Source of the DNA: an uncultured Acidimicrobiaceae bacterium
GTDB lineage: Bacteria > Actinomycetota > Acidimicrobiia > Acidimicrobiales > RAAP-2
NCBI GenBank assembly: GCA_963977795.1
Contig: CAXBRB010000001.1
Location: forward strand, 1 to 49,795
Length of the DNA: 49,795 bases
Direction: 5' to 3'
This document shows positions 42,067 to 49,795 of the stretch, piece by piece. The first letter of the stretch is position 1. Every line of letters begins with the position of its first letter. Position numbers and translations under genes: made by a program. Below the pieces are notes generated by a model. That model saw only the letters and a program-made list of their open reading frames with translations, did not search any database and was not told the DNA's origin.

Positions 42067-43248
42067 TCAGCCCAGGCGCTCGATGATGGTGGCGTTGGCC
42101 ATGCCGCCGCCCTCGCACATGGTGAGCAGGCCGTAGCGGCCGCCGGTGCGCTCCAGCTCGTTGAGCAGGGTGGCCATGAGCTTGGCCCCCGAGGCGCCCA
42201 GCGGGTGGCCCAGCGCGATGGCCCCACCGTTGACGTTGACCTTGGACATGTCGGCGTCGAGCTCCTTGGCCCAGGCCAGCGGCACCGAGGCGAAGGCCTC
42301 GTTGATCTCGAACACGTCGATGTCGTCCATGGTCAGGCCGCCCCGCTCCAGGGCCATCTTGGTGGCCGGGATCGGGCCGGTGAGCATGGTGATGGGGTCG
42401 CTGCCGGTCACGGCGAAGGCGTGGAACCGGGCCCGGGGGGTGAGGCCGAGCTGGTTGGCCTTGGCCTCGCTCATCACCAGGACGCCCGAGGCGCCGTCGG
42501 TGATCTGCGACGAGTTGCCGGCCGTGATCTTGCCGTTCTCGGGCCGGAAGGCCGGCTTGAGGTTGGCCAGGGTCTCCACCGAGGAGTCGGGGCGGATGCC
42601 CTCGTCGGTGGTCATGATCTCGTCGGTGTCGTTGCGCTCGTCGTCCTTGACGGCCACCGGGATGATCTCCCGCTCGAAGCGGCCCTCGGCGGTGGCCTGG
42701 GCGGCCTTCTGGTGGGAGCTCACGGAGAAGGCGTCGAGGTCGTCACGGGTGAGGCCCCACTGCTCGCAGATGAGCTCGGCGCCCTCGCCCTGGCTGACCA
42801 GGCCGCCCCGCTCCTCGTAGCGGGCGAAGGTGCGGGGACCGAAGGGGTAGCCCAGGTCACGGACGACCGAGGCGCCCATGGGCGTGCGGCTCATGACCTC
42901 GACGCCGCCGCCGATCACGATGTCGTAGGCGCCGGCCATGACGCCCTGGGCGGCGAAGTGCAGCGACTGCTGGGACGAGCCGCACTGGCGGTCGATGGTG
43001 GTGGCCGGGACCGACTCAGGGAACCCAGCCGCCAGCACGGCGCTCCGGCCCACGTTGAGGGCCTGCTCGGCCACCTGCATGACGCAGCCCATGATCACGT
43101 CGTCCACGGTGCCCGGGTCGAGGTCGTTGCGCTCCACCAGGGCCTTGAGGGCCTCCGAGCCGAGGTCGGCGGCGTGCCAGTTGCGGAGCTTGCCGTTGCG
43201 CTTGCCCCCGGGGGTGCGCACTGCGTCGATGATGACGGCGTCTGCCAT
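42067..43248 (-). CDS. Acetyl-CoA C-acyltransferase (thiolase)
   Basis: Active-site Cys context IDRQCGSSQQS, with NEAFA, GGAIALGHPLGASG and CEGGGMA. AAGGAGAGA lies upstream of the ATG at 43248. Confidence 0.9.
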   Translation of the reverse strand: MADAVIIDAVRTPGGKRNGKLRNWHAADLGSEALKALVERNDLDPGTVDDVIMGCVMQVAEQALNVGRSAVLAAGFPESVPATTIDRQCGSSQQSLHFAAQGVMAGAYDIVIGGGVEVMSRTPMGASVVRDLGYPFGPRTFARYEERGGLVSQGEGAELICEQWGLTRDDLDAFSVSSHQKAAQATAEGRFEREIIPVAVKDDERNDTDEIMTTDEGIRPDSSVETLANLKPAFRPENGKITAGNSSQITDGASGVLVMSEAKANQLGLTPRARFHAFAVTGSDPITMLTGPIPATKMALERGGLTMDDIDVFEINEAFASVPLAWAKELDADMSKVNVNGGAIALGHPLGASGAKLMATLLNELERTGGRYGLLTMCEGGGMANATIIERLG

Positions 43249-43523
43249 GTGTCTCTCCTTCAGAGGTCCGGCGGAACCGCTCCTGCCGGCCGGATGGGTG
43301 GGTGGTCCGGGGCGCACACGCCGCGGTCGGGGCACGCTCGGGTGCACCGGGCGTCAATGCTACCGGCCGGACCCCGGGGCGGCCACCGACAGCGGCCTCC
43401 GCCGGTGGCCGGACGTCGAGGCCGGGCGTGGCGGCGGCGGCCGGTGGCCGTGCTCGGTGGTGCAGGCGAGCAGGGACCCATCCCAGCGGTAGCGTGCGGT
43501 CCGTGGCCGGACGCATCAAGGAC

Positions 43524-43946
43524 ATGGACCGCTGGCTGGGCGACGGCGGGATGGAGCTCATCGGGACGGTGGGGGCCTCCTTCGACGACTACGGCGTCGA
43601 CGGTGAGGACCTCGGCTGGGTGGCCGGCACCTTCGCCCCGGTCCGGGCGGCCTGCAATCCCCACGGCATCGTCCAGGCCGGCGTTCACGGCCTGCTCCTC
43701 GATGCCGCCATGAACTTCGCAATCAACGCCGCCCTCCCCGGCAAGGCCCGCACCCGGGCCACCCTGGAGATGAAGGTGGAGACGATGCGCCCGGCCGTCG
43801 ACGGCGGGGCCTACCGCCTGCGGGGCGAGGTCGTCCGCATGGCCCGCCAGGTGGCCTACGCCGAGGCCTCCGTGGTCGACGACGAGGGCCAGCTGGTCAG
43901 CCGGTCCACCGGCACCTTCCTCCTCCACCGGCCCGAGGACGCCTGA
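43524..43946 (+). CDS. PaaI/hotdog-fold thioesterase family protein
   Basis: 140 aa. The pattern NP.G.VQAGV...L.D.A...A, followed by a C-terminal strand pattern G.LV..STGTF, is typical of PaaI-type thioesterases. Confidence 0.7.
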   Translation: MDRWLGDGGMELIGTVGASFDDYGVDGEDLGWVAGTFAPVRAACNPHGIVQAGVHGLLLDAAMNFAINAALPGKARTRATLEMKVETMRPAVDGGAYRLRGEVVRMARQVAYAEASVVDDEGQLVSRSTGTFLLHRPEDA

Positions 43947-43995
43947 CCCCGACGCCCGGCCCGGCCGGGCGCCGCCGCCGCTGACCGACGGCCCC

Positions 43996-44760
43996 TTGCG
44001 GCTCCGGGCCGCCATCACCGGACAGGTGCGCCCGGGGTGCGCCCCGGGCGCACCCTCTCCCGTCGGAGCCGCCGTGCCGACACCTGCCCGCATCCCGGCT
44101 GTGCCGTCGCCGTCGGGGCGCCACGCCTGTGCCGTGTGCCGACGGACCACGGCCTCCACCGGTGCCCTGTGCTTCTGCTGTGCCCAGGCGACCCGCCGGT
44201 TGGGGCTGCCCCTGGTGCCGGTGGTCCCGTTGGTCGAGTACCGGGTGGGGGACCCGGTCCACCGGCTCCTCCGCGGCTACAAGGACGCTCACGACGAGGC
44301 CCGGCGCCGGGCCTGCACCGAGGCGGCGGCCCTCCTGGTGGCCGCCCGGTGGGCGGACCAGGTCGACGAGCTTGCCGGCCGGCTGGGCCGGTGGACGGCG
44401 GTGGCCGCGGTGCCCTCGATGCGCCGTCCCGACCCGGAGGACCTCCTTTGTCTTTTCGCCGGGGTGCCGGCGGTGGCCGGCGCACCCCGGGCGTCGCTCG
44501 TCCTGTCGGCCGGCCCGGTGGCCCACCTGCGGGCCGACCGCCGGGCGTTCGGCGTGCCCGCCGACGACGGGACGGGCGCTCTGCGCACCGCCCGGGTGCT
44601 GGTGGTCGACGACACGGTGACGACCGGGGCGGCCGGGCAGAGCGCGGCGGCCGCCCTCCGCCTGGCCGGGGCCCAGGTGGCCGGGATCCTGGCCGTGGGG
44701 CGGGCCTTGCCGCCGTCCCGCAGTGGGCGCCGCACCGAGGACGGGGGAGAGCCGATATAG
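43996..44760 (+). CDS. ComF-family / phosphoribosyltransferase domain protein
   Basis: N-terminal Cys pairs (CAVCRR......LCFCC) and a C-terminal PRPP-binding loop [13 protein letters not shown]. The start is uncertain: it is a TTG in the ORF track and in-frame GTGs follow. Confidence 0.6.
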   Translation: MRLRAAITGQVRPGCAPGAPSPVGAAVPTPARIPAVPSPSGRHACAVCRRTTASTGALCFCCAQATRRLGLPLVPVVPLVEYRVGDPVHRLLRGYKDAHDEARRRACTEAAALLVAARWADQVDELAGRLGRWTAVAAVPSMRRPDPEDLLCLFAGVPAVAGAPRASLVLSAGPVAHLRADRRAFGVPADDGTGALRTARVLVVDDTVTTGAAGQSAAAALRLAGAQVAGILAVGRALPPSRSGRRTEDGGEPI

Positions 44761-44776
44761 TTGCTTGCAGCAAGCA
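44756..44776. promoter_or_regulatory. -10-like TATAGT abutting a 7-1-7 palindrome upstream of the MarR-MFS operon
   Basis: TATAGT at 44756-44761. Palindrome TGCTTGC-A-GCAAGCA at 44762-44776, in a locally AT-richer stretch. Confidence 0.4.
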
Positions 44777-44868
44777 GTTAGGTTGCCATCGTCTCCGTGG
44801 GGGATCCATGGCGACGACGGCACCGAACACCTCCGGCGGGCAGCCACGTGGCGTCCGACCCTCTCACC

Positions 44869-45396
44869 ATGACCACCACCGCACCACCTCCCGCACCTTC
44901 GCCCGTCGCTGCTCCCGGCCCGGTCTCCGCCGAGCTCGAGCAGGCCTTGAGCCAGGTCGTCCGGAGCATGCTCCGGATGCAGGTGCCCGCCGGGGTCCTG
45001 CCCGCTGGCCTGGCCCTCAACCGGTCCGGCCACTGGGTCCTGGCCCGCCTGGCCGAGTGCGCACCGGCCCGCCTCTCCGAGGTGGCCGAGGCCCTCGGCC
45101 TCGACGTCTCGACGGTGAGCCGCCAGGTGCGCGACCTGGTGGCCGCCGGACTGCTCACCAAGGTGCCGGACCCGGCCGACGGACGGGCCGCCCTCCTCGG
45201 CCTGACCCCCCAGGGGGCCGCTGTGCTGGAGGCCGTCTCCACCTCCCGGCGGGCCGCCCTGGCCGTGGCCGTGGCCGGGTGGAGCGACGCCGAGCGCGGC
45301 GCCCTGGCCGACGGCCTCACCCGTCTGGCCGCCGACCTCCACGGGCCGACGGCCCGGCCCGACACCGACCCTGCAGACGAGGGGAGCCCACGATGA
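44869..45396 (+). CDS. MarR family transcriptional regulator
   Basis: [12 protein letters not shown]....[30 protein letters not shown]......DP.DGRAALL.LT..G. The start is either the ATG at 44869 or the GTG at 44797. The stop overlaps the MFS start (ATGA). Confidence 0.85.
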   Translation: MTTTAPPPAPSPVAAPGPVSAELEQALSQVVRSMLRMQVPAGVLPAGLALNRSGHWVLARLAECAPARLSEVAEALGLDVSTVSRQVRDLVAAGLLTKVPDPADGRAALLGLTPQGAAVLEAVSTSRRAALAVAVAGWSDAERGALADGLTRLAADLHGPTARPDTDPADEGSPR

Positions 45397-47069
45397 GCAT
45401 CGACACCGCGTCGCCCGACACCGGCAGCGTCGCCGAGCCGCCTGCGGCACCGGCGGCCGACGCCGCCCCGGCCATCCAGCTGTCCCACCGCCAGATCCTC
45501 ATGGTCTTCAGCGGCCTCATGTTGGGCATGTTCCTGGCCGCCCTGGACCAGACCATCGTGGGCACGGCCCTGCCCACCATCGTCAACAGCCTCCACGGCC
45601 TCAACCACCTCAGCTGGGTGGTGACGGCCTACCTGCTGACCTCGACCATCTCGACCCCCCTCTACGGCAAGCTCTCGGACCAGTTCGGCCGCCGGGGCAT
45701 CTTCCAGTTCGCCATCGTGGTCTTCCTGATCGGCTCGGTGCTGGCCGGGATGAGCCAGGACATGCTCCAGCTGGTCCTGTTCCGGGGCATCCAGGGCCTG
45801 GGGGCGGGCGGGCTGATGGCCATGGCCATGACGATCATCGCCGACGTCGTCTCGCCCCGGGAGCGGGGCCGCTACCAGGGCTACTTCGGTGCCACCTTCG
45901 CCGTCTCGTCGGTGGCCGGCCCGCTGCTCGGCGGGGTGTTCACCGACAACCTCTCGTGGCGGTGGATCTTCTACATCAACCTGCCCATCGGCATCGTGGC
46001 CCTGGTGGTCACCTCGTCGGTCCTCCGCCTCCCCTTCCGGCGCCAGTCCCACCGGATCGACTACCTGGGGGCGGCCCTGATGATGATCGGGGTCACCGGC
46101 GCCCTCCTGGTCACCGTGTGGGGCGGCTCGCAGTACGCATGGGGCTCGCCCACCATCATCGTCACCAGCCTGGTCTCGGTGGCCTTCCTGGCCGCCTTCG
46201 GGATCTGGGAGCACCACGCCGCCGAGCCCATCCTCCCGCCGTCGCTCTTCCGGATCGGCATCTTCCGGACGGCCACCCTGGCCAGCTTCCTCCTGTCCAT
46301 GGTCATGTTCGGCGCCCTCATCTACCTGCCCCTCTACCTGCAGCTGGTCGACGGGGTCTCGGCCATGGTGTCGGGTCTCCTGCTGATCCCCCTGATGCTT
46401 GGCCTCCTGGCCACCTCGATCCTGTCCGGCCAGATCGTCAGCCGGACCGGGCACTACAAGACCCTGCCCGTCATCGGCTCGGTGCTGGTGGTGGTGGGCA
46501 TGTGGCTCCTCTCCCATCTGGGCCTCCACACCTCCCACCTGGTCCTCGGCATCTTCGTCACCGTCCTGGGCGCCGGCATGGGCATGACCATGCAGATCAT
46601 GATCCTGGCCACCCAGAACGCCGTGCCCCTCCACCAGATCGGCACCGGCACCGCCGCGGTCACCTTCTTCCGCTCCCTGGGCGGCGCCTTCGGCACGTCG
46701 CTCTTCGGCGCCGTGTTCATCGCCCGGCTCAGCCACTGGATCCCGCTGCTCGTCCCCGGGGCGGCGGCGTCGTCCATCCATGTGAACTCCAGCTTCTCGA
46801 TGAGCCCCGAGCAGCTGCACGCCTTCCCGCCCGCCGTCCAGCACGGCATCCTCGACGCCTTCGTCCGCTCGCTCCACTCGGTCTTCCTGGTGGGGGTCCC
46901 CCTGGCCATGGCCCTCTTCGCCGTGACCCTCTTCCTGAAGGAGGTGCCGCTGCGCTCGGCGTCGGGCCTCCAGCGGCCCAGCGAGGACGTGGCCATGGCG
47001 ATGGGCGAGGTCGGCTCGGCCGACGCCGAGCTCGACGCCGGGGTGGTCGCCGGCCCCGTGCCCGACTGA
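45393..47069 (+). CDS. MFS transporter, DHA2 (EmrB/QacA-like) family
   Basis: [28 protein letters not shown] and [10 protein letters not shown], with about 14 hydrophobic segments. It is translationally coupled to the MarR gene. Confidence 0.9.
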   Translation: MSIDTASPDTGSVAEPPAAPAADAAPAIQLSHRQILMVFSGLMLGMFLAALDQTIVGTALPTIVNSLHGLNHLSWVVTAYLLTSTISTPLYGKLSDQFGRRGIFQFAIVVFLIGSVLAGMSQDMLQLVLFRGIQGLGAGGLMAMAMTIIADVVSPRERGRYQGYFGATFAVSSVAGPLLGGVFTDNLSWRWIFYINLPIGIVALVVTSSVLRLPFRRQSHRIDYLGAALMMIGVTGALLVTVWGGSQYAWGSPTIIVTSLVSVAFLAAFGIWEHHAAEPILPPSLFRIGIFRTATLASFLLSMVMFGALIYLPLYLQLVDGVSAMVSGLLLIPLMLGLLATSILSGQIVSRTGHYKTLPVIGSVLVVVGMWLLSHLGLHTSHLVLGIFVTVLGAGMGMTMQIMILATQNAVPLHQIGTGTAAVTFFRSLGGAFGTSLFGAVFIARLSHWIPLLVPGAAASSIHVNSSFSMSPEQLHAFPPAVQHGILDAFVRSLHSVFLVGVPLAMALFAVTLFLKEVPLRSASGLQRPSEDVAMAMGEVGSADAELDAGVVAGPVPD

Positions 47070-47078
47070 GGCGGGACG

Positions 47079-48017
47079 ATGGACCTCCGCATCTTCGTCG
47101 AGCCCCAGCAGGGCGCCACCTACGAGGACCAGCTGGCCGTGGCACGCGCTGTCGAGGAGCTCGGCTTCGACGCCTTCTTCCGCAGCGACCACTACCTGGT
47201 CATGGGTGGCGGCGACGGCCTGCCCGGCCCGACCGACTCGTGGGTCACCCTGGCCGGCATCGCCCGGGAGACCACCTCGATCCGCCTGGGCACGCTGGTC
47301 ACCTCGGCCACCTTCCGGCATCCCGGGGTGCTGGCCATCTCGGTGGCCCAAGTCGATGCCATGAGCGGCGGCCGGGTCGAGCTGGGCCTGGGGGCCGGCT
47401 GGTATGAGGCCGAACACCAGGCCGCGGCAATCCCCTTCCCGCCCCTGGGCGAGCGGTTCGAACGCCTGGAGGAGCAGTTGGCCATCGTCACCGGGCTGTG
47501 GGCCGCCCCCGACGGCGAGCGGTTCTCCTTCGCCGGCCGCCACCACTCGGTGGTCGACAGCCCGGCCCTCCCCAAGCCGGCCCAGCGGCCGGGCCCGCCG
47601 ATCATCATCGGCGGCGGCGGGCCCCGCCGGACCCCCCGGCTGGCCGCGGCCTACGCCGCCGAGTTCAACATGCCCTTCGCCTCGCCGGCCGACACCGCCG
47701 CCCAGCTCGCCCGGGTCGACGCGGCCTGCGAGGAGGCCGGCCGGGACCCGGCGTCCCTGGTGCGCTCGGCGGCCCAGGTCGTCTGCTGCGCCGCCACACC
47801 GGCCGAGCTCGTCCGGCGGGCCTCGGCCATCGGGCGCGACGTCGACGAGCTGGCCGAGCACGGCCTGTGCGGCACGCCGTCCCAGGTGGTCGACAAGCTC
47901 GCCGCCTTCGCCGCTGCCGGCTGCGCACGGGCCTACCTCCAGGTCCTCGACCTGGCTGACCTCGAGCACCTGGCCCTGCTGGGCGAGGAGGTCCTGCCCG
48001 ACGTGCGCCCGCTCTGA
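47079..48017 (+). CDS. LLM-class (luciferase-like) F420-dependent oxidoreductase
   Basis: MDLRIFVEPQQGATY, FDAFFRSDH, and LG..V....FRHP..LA........SGGR.ELGLGAGW. Confidence 0.8.
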   Translation: MDLRIFVEPQQGATYEDQLAVARAVEELGFDAFFRSDHYLVMGGGDGLPGPTDSWVTLAGIARETTSIRLGTLVTSATFRHPGVLAISVAQVDAMSGGRVELGLGAGWYEAEHQAAAIPFPPLGERFERLEEQLAIVTGLWAAPDGERFSFAGRHHSVVDSPALPKPAQRPGPPIIIGGGGPRRTPRLAAAYAAEFNMPFASPADTAAQLARVDAACEEAGRDPASLVRSAAQVVCCAATPAELVRRASAIGRDVDELAEHGLCGTPSQVVDKLAAFAAAGCARAYLQVLDLADLEHLALLGEEVLPDVRPL

Positions 48018-48213
48018 GCCACGCTGCGTGCTCGGTCCGGGCCGGATCCCCACCGGACGTGGCGATTCGCGTGGCATCTCGAGGTATTCCGTGCAGGACC
48101 CTTCCCGCATGGAGGGCCCATCGTTACGCTTCCTGATCGCCGCCCTCGTCGACGTGGGGCTGGCGGACCAGGGAACCACGGGAACCAATCCTCGAGAACA
48201 CAGGAGCACCGAG

Positions 48214-48807
48214 ATGAAGCACCTCATGAAGTGGGCGGCCGTCGTGGCCACCCCGCTCGCACTGGCCGGCGTCACCGGCGTCGGCATGGCCGCCGCCAAG
48301 GGCAAGCCCCCGGCAGTGACGGCCACCGGCACCACGACCTGCAACTTCCACGGCAGCCTGGTGCTGCACGGGGACGGCTCGCTGTCGCTGTCGGGCAACA
48401 TCACCGGCCACGGCGCCTGCTCGAGCACCGGCGGCTCGGCCCTCAAGACGGGTCACATGAACCAGACGGTGCCGACCAGCGCCGCCTCGTCGACCACCGA
48501 TATGTGCACGGCCATCACCGCCGCCGCCACGGCGCCGCAGACCGTGGCCGACCTCTCGGGCGGGACCATCGCCTGGTCGCCCGGGCCCAAGGTGGTCGCC
48601 TCCACCGGCGTCAGCCTGTCCGGCGGTTCGCTGAGCTCGGACGGCACCACCCTGACGCTCAAGTGGACCGGCTCCACGGTCACGGCCGGTTCGTTCACCG
48701 GCTCGGGCACCGGCCTGGTGTCCACGTCCAGCGCCGCCGATGCCGTCGCTGCCTGCGCCGCCGGCCCGGTGACGTCGCTCCCCGTGCGGGGTCAGCTGAA
48801 CATCTGA
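48214..48807 (+). CDS. Secreted Gly/Ser/Thr-rich protein, unknown function
   Basis: Signal peptide MKHLMKWAAVVATPLALAGVTGVGMAAA. CAGGAG lies upstream of the ATG at 48214. Confidence 0.6.
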   Translation: MKHLMKWAAVVATPLALAGVTGVGMAAAKGKPPAVTATGTTTCNFHGSLVLHGDGSLSLSGNITGHGACSSTGGSALKTGHMNQTVPTSAASSTTDMCTAITAAATAPQTVADLSGGTIAWSPGPKVVASTGVSLSGGSLSSDGTTLTLKWTGSTVTAGSFTGSGTGLVSTSSAADAVAACAAGPVTSLPVRGQLNI

Positions 48808-48851
48808 GGTGACGGGGCACCGGTCCCGGTGCTCCCACCGATGGCGTAGAC

Positions 48852-48879
48852 GGAGGGCGGGGCGACCACCCCGCCCTCC
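48852..48879. terminator. Terminator hairpin between convergent genes
   Basis: 11-bp stem GGAGGGCGGGG / CCCCGCCCTCC with a 6-nt loop. Confidence 0.55.
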
Positions 48880-48932
48880 GGCGCGTCCCGGGTCGAGTCG
48901 GCGGGCGTCCGCCGTGTCCGGTCCGCTGGCCG

Positions 48933-49397
48933 TCAGGCCCGTCCGGCGAGCTCCTCGAGGCGCTCGAGGGTGCGGGCCATGGCCGTCCGGGTCCGCTCGG
49001 GCAGGCCGCCCAGGCGCAGGAGCGCCCGTTGGTGGTCCTGGCTGATGTCCCAGCTCTCGCGCACCAGGGTCCCGCCGGGGCTGGCCTCGAGCTCGTAGCG
49101 CCAGATCCGCCCGCCGGCGAACCGTCCGGCGATGCCCGGGGGCCGGGTCTGCCAGGCGATGCGCTCGTCCTCGACCAGCTCGATCACCGTGCTGACCATG
49201 GCGTAGGGGACGACCATCCGCATGGACATGCCGAAGGTCGACCCCAGGACGAGCCGCTCGGGGGTGCCGGACCGGGCCCCCCGGACGGTGCCCGACCCGT
49301 CGAACTCGGCGTGGCGCGAGGCGTCGGCCAGCAGGGCGAAGATCGCCGGGGCCGGGGCTGCCATGACCCGCTCGACCGAGACCACATCACCGTCCAC
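48933..49397 (-). CDS. SRPBCC (START/polyketide cyclase-like) family protein
   Basis: 154 aa. The pattern V.R.......IFALLAD...H.EFDGSG ... W.YELE..P.GT.V.E.WD is typical of SRPBCC proteins. Confidence 0.75.
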   Translation of the reverse strand: MDGDVVSVERVMAAPAPAIFALLADASRHAEFDGSGTVRGARSGTPERLVLGSTFGMSMRMVVPYAMVSTVIELVEDERIAWQTRPPGIAGRFAGGRIWRYELEASPGGTLVRESWDISQDHQRALLRLGGLPERTRTAMARTLERLEELAGRA

Positions 49398-49582
49398 CGC
49401 GACCTCCCCGATGCCGGCCCCCCGGGGAGATCGTAGGGGGGCGCCACCGTGGTCGGCCGGATGCCCGTGCCGGCGCTGGCATGTCCCGCTCTGGCCTGAG
49501 CCGGCGCTGTACCGGTACGGGATCGTGTCGGCTCTGGAGCAAGGCCCCGCTCCGCCCCGGGCCGGCCTGCCATGATCCTCCC

Positions 49583-49727
49583 GTGCCCGCCGCCGACCAC
49601 GCCCCGGCCCTGGCCGTCCTGGCCGCTGCCGACCCCGTGCTGGCCGGGCTCATCGACCGCCACGGGCCGCCGCCGCCCCGGCGCCCCGTCCCGGTGGCCC
49701 ACCGTTTCGGTCACCTGGCCCGGGCCG
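49583..49727 (+). CDS. 5' fragment of a possible HhH-GPD/AlkA-type DNA glycosylase, truncated by the adapter junction
   Basis: L..ADPVLAGLIDRHGPP resembles the N-termini of such glycosylases. Only about 48 codons are present. Confidence 0.3.
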
Positions 49728-49795
49728 AGATCGGAAGAGCACACGTCTGAACCCAGTCACGGCTACATCTCGTATGCCGTCTTCTGCTTGAAAAA
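49728..49795. other. Illumina TruSeq indexed-adapter read-through (non-biological)
   Basis: AGATCGGAAGAGCACACGTCTGAAC[T missing]CCAGTCAC-GGCTAC-ATCTCGTATGCCGTCTTCTGCTTG, followed by a poly-A tail. Confidence 0.95.

Noticed and set aside
44037-45392. N-terminal ~450-aa extension of the 1010-aa ORF containing the MFS transporter
   Set aside because: Its composition is extremely Arg/Gly/Pro-rich. It overlaps the ComF-like and MarR genes in other frames. The MFS protein starts cleanly at 45393 with an ATGA overlap to the MarR gene.
44778-48446. Very long antisense ORFs in this high-GC sequence: this 1222-aa one, plus 37332-39878, 31629-34043, 6970-8766, 5092-6297, 28056-29756 and 43897-45450
   Set aside because: Stop codons are scarce at this GC content, so long spurious ORFs are expected. 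All of these are antisense to genes with strong family motifs and have Arg/Gly/Pro/His-dominated composition.

Overview
This is a high-GC chromosomal contig, probably from Actinomycetota. The right half carries the conserved block tRNA-Leu, fhaA, fhaB, pstP, pbpA, pknB, pabA/trpG, crgA. I support about 50 protein genes, one tRNA-Leu(CAG), several GC-rich terminator hairpins and a few operator-like palindromes. I see no rRNA, CRISPR array, transposase or integrase. The flanks (1-8.9 kb and 27.6-49.7 kb) are ordinary metabolism, transport and cell-envelope genes. The centre (about 8.9-27.5 kb) is an accessory island that I read as an unusual RiPP (ribosomally synthesised, post-translationally modified peptide) gene cluster. 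It has two tandemly duplicated precursor genes, each with a near-identical ~52-aa leader, a Ser/Thr-rich core and a C-terminal MCPW. Convergent with them is a tightly overlapping operon encoding a compact split LanB-type dehydratase (N-terminal glutamylation part plus SpaB_C elimination part), a YcaO and a TfuA (thioamidation pair). Around these sit a B12-binding radical SAM enzyme, a stand-alone MBL-fold protein and a glycosyltransferase-like/MBL-fold fusion. No LanC, LanD, azoline partner or pyridine synthase is present. Directly adjoining is a co-directional module that looks like export, processing and regulation: a Hanks-type Ser/Thr kinase translationally coupled to an ABC exporter carrying an FHA-like N-terminus and a cNMP-binding-like C-terminus, a GAF protein, a signal-peptide-less S8 subtilase, and a degenerate ABC-type ATPase fused to a canonical cNMP-binding domain. 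The last ~68 nt of the window are Illumina TruSeq adapter, so the contig end is an artefact. All domain calls come from reading motifs in the translated ORFs; no database search was run.
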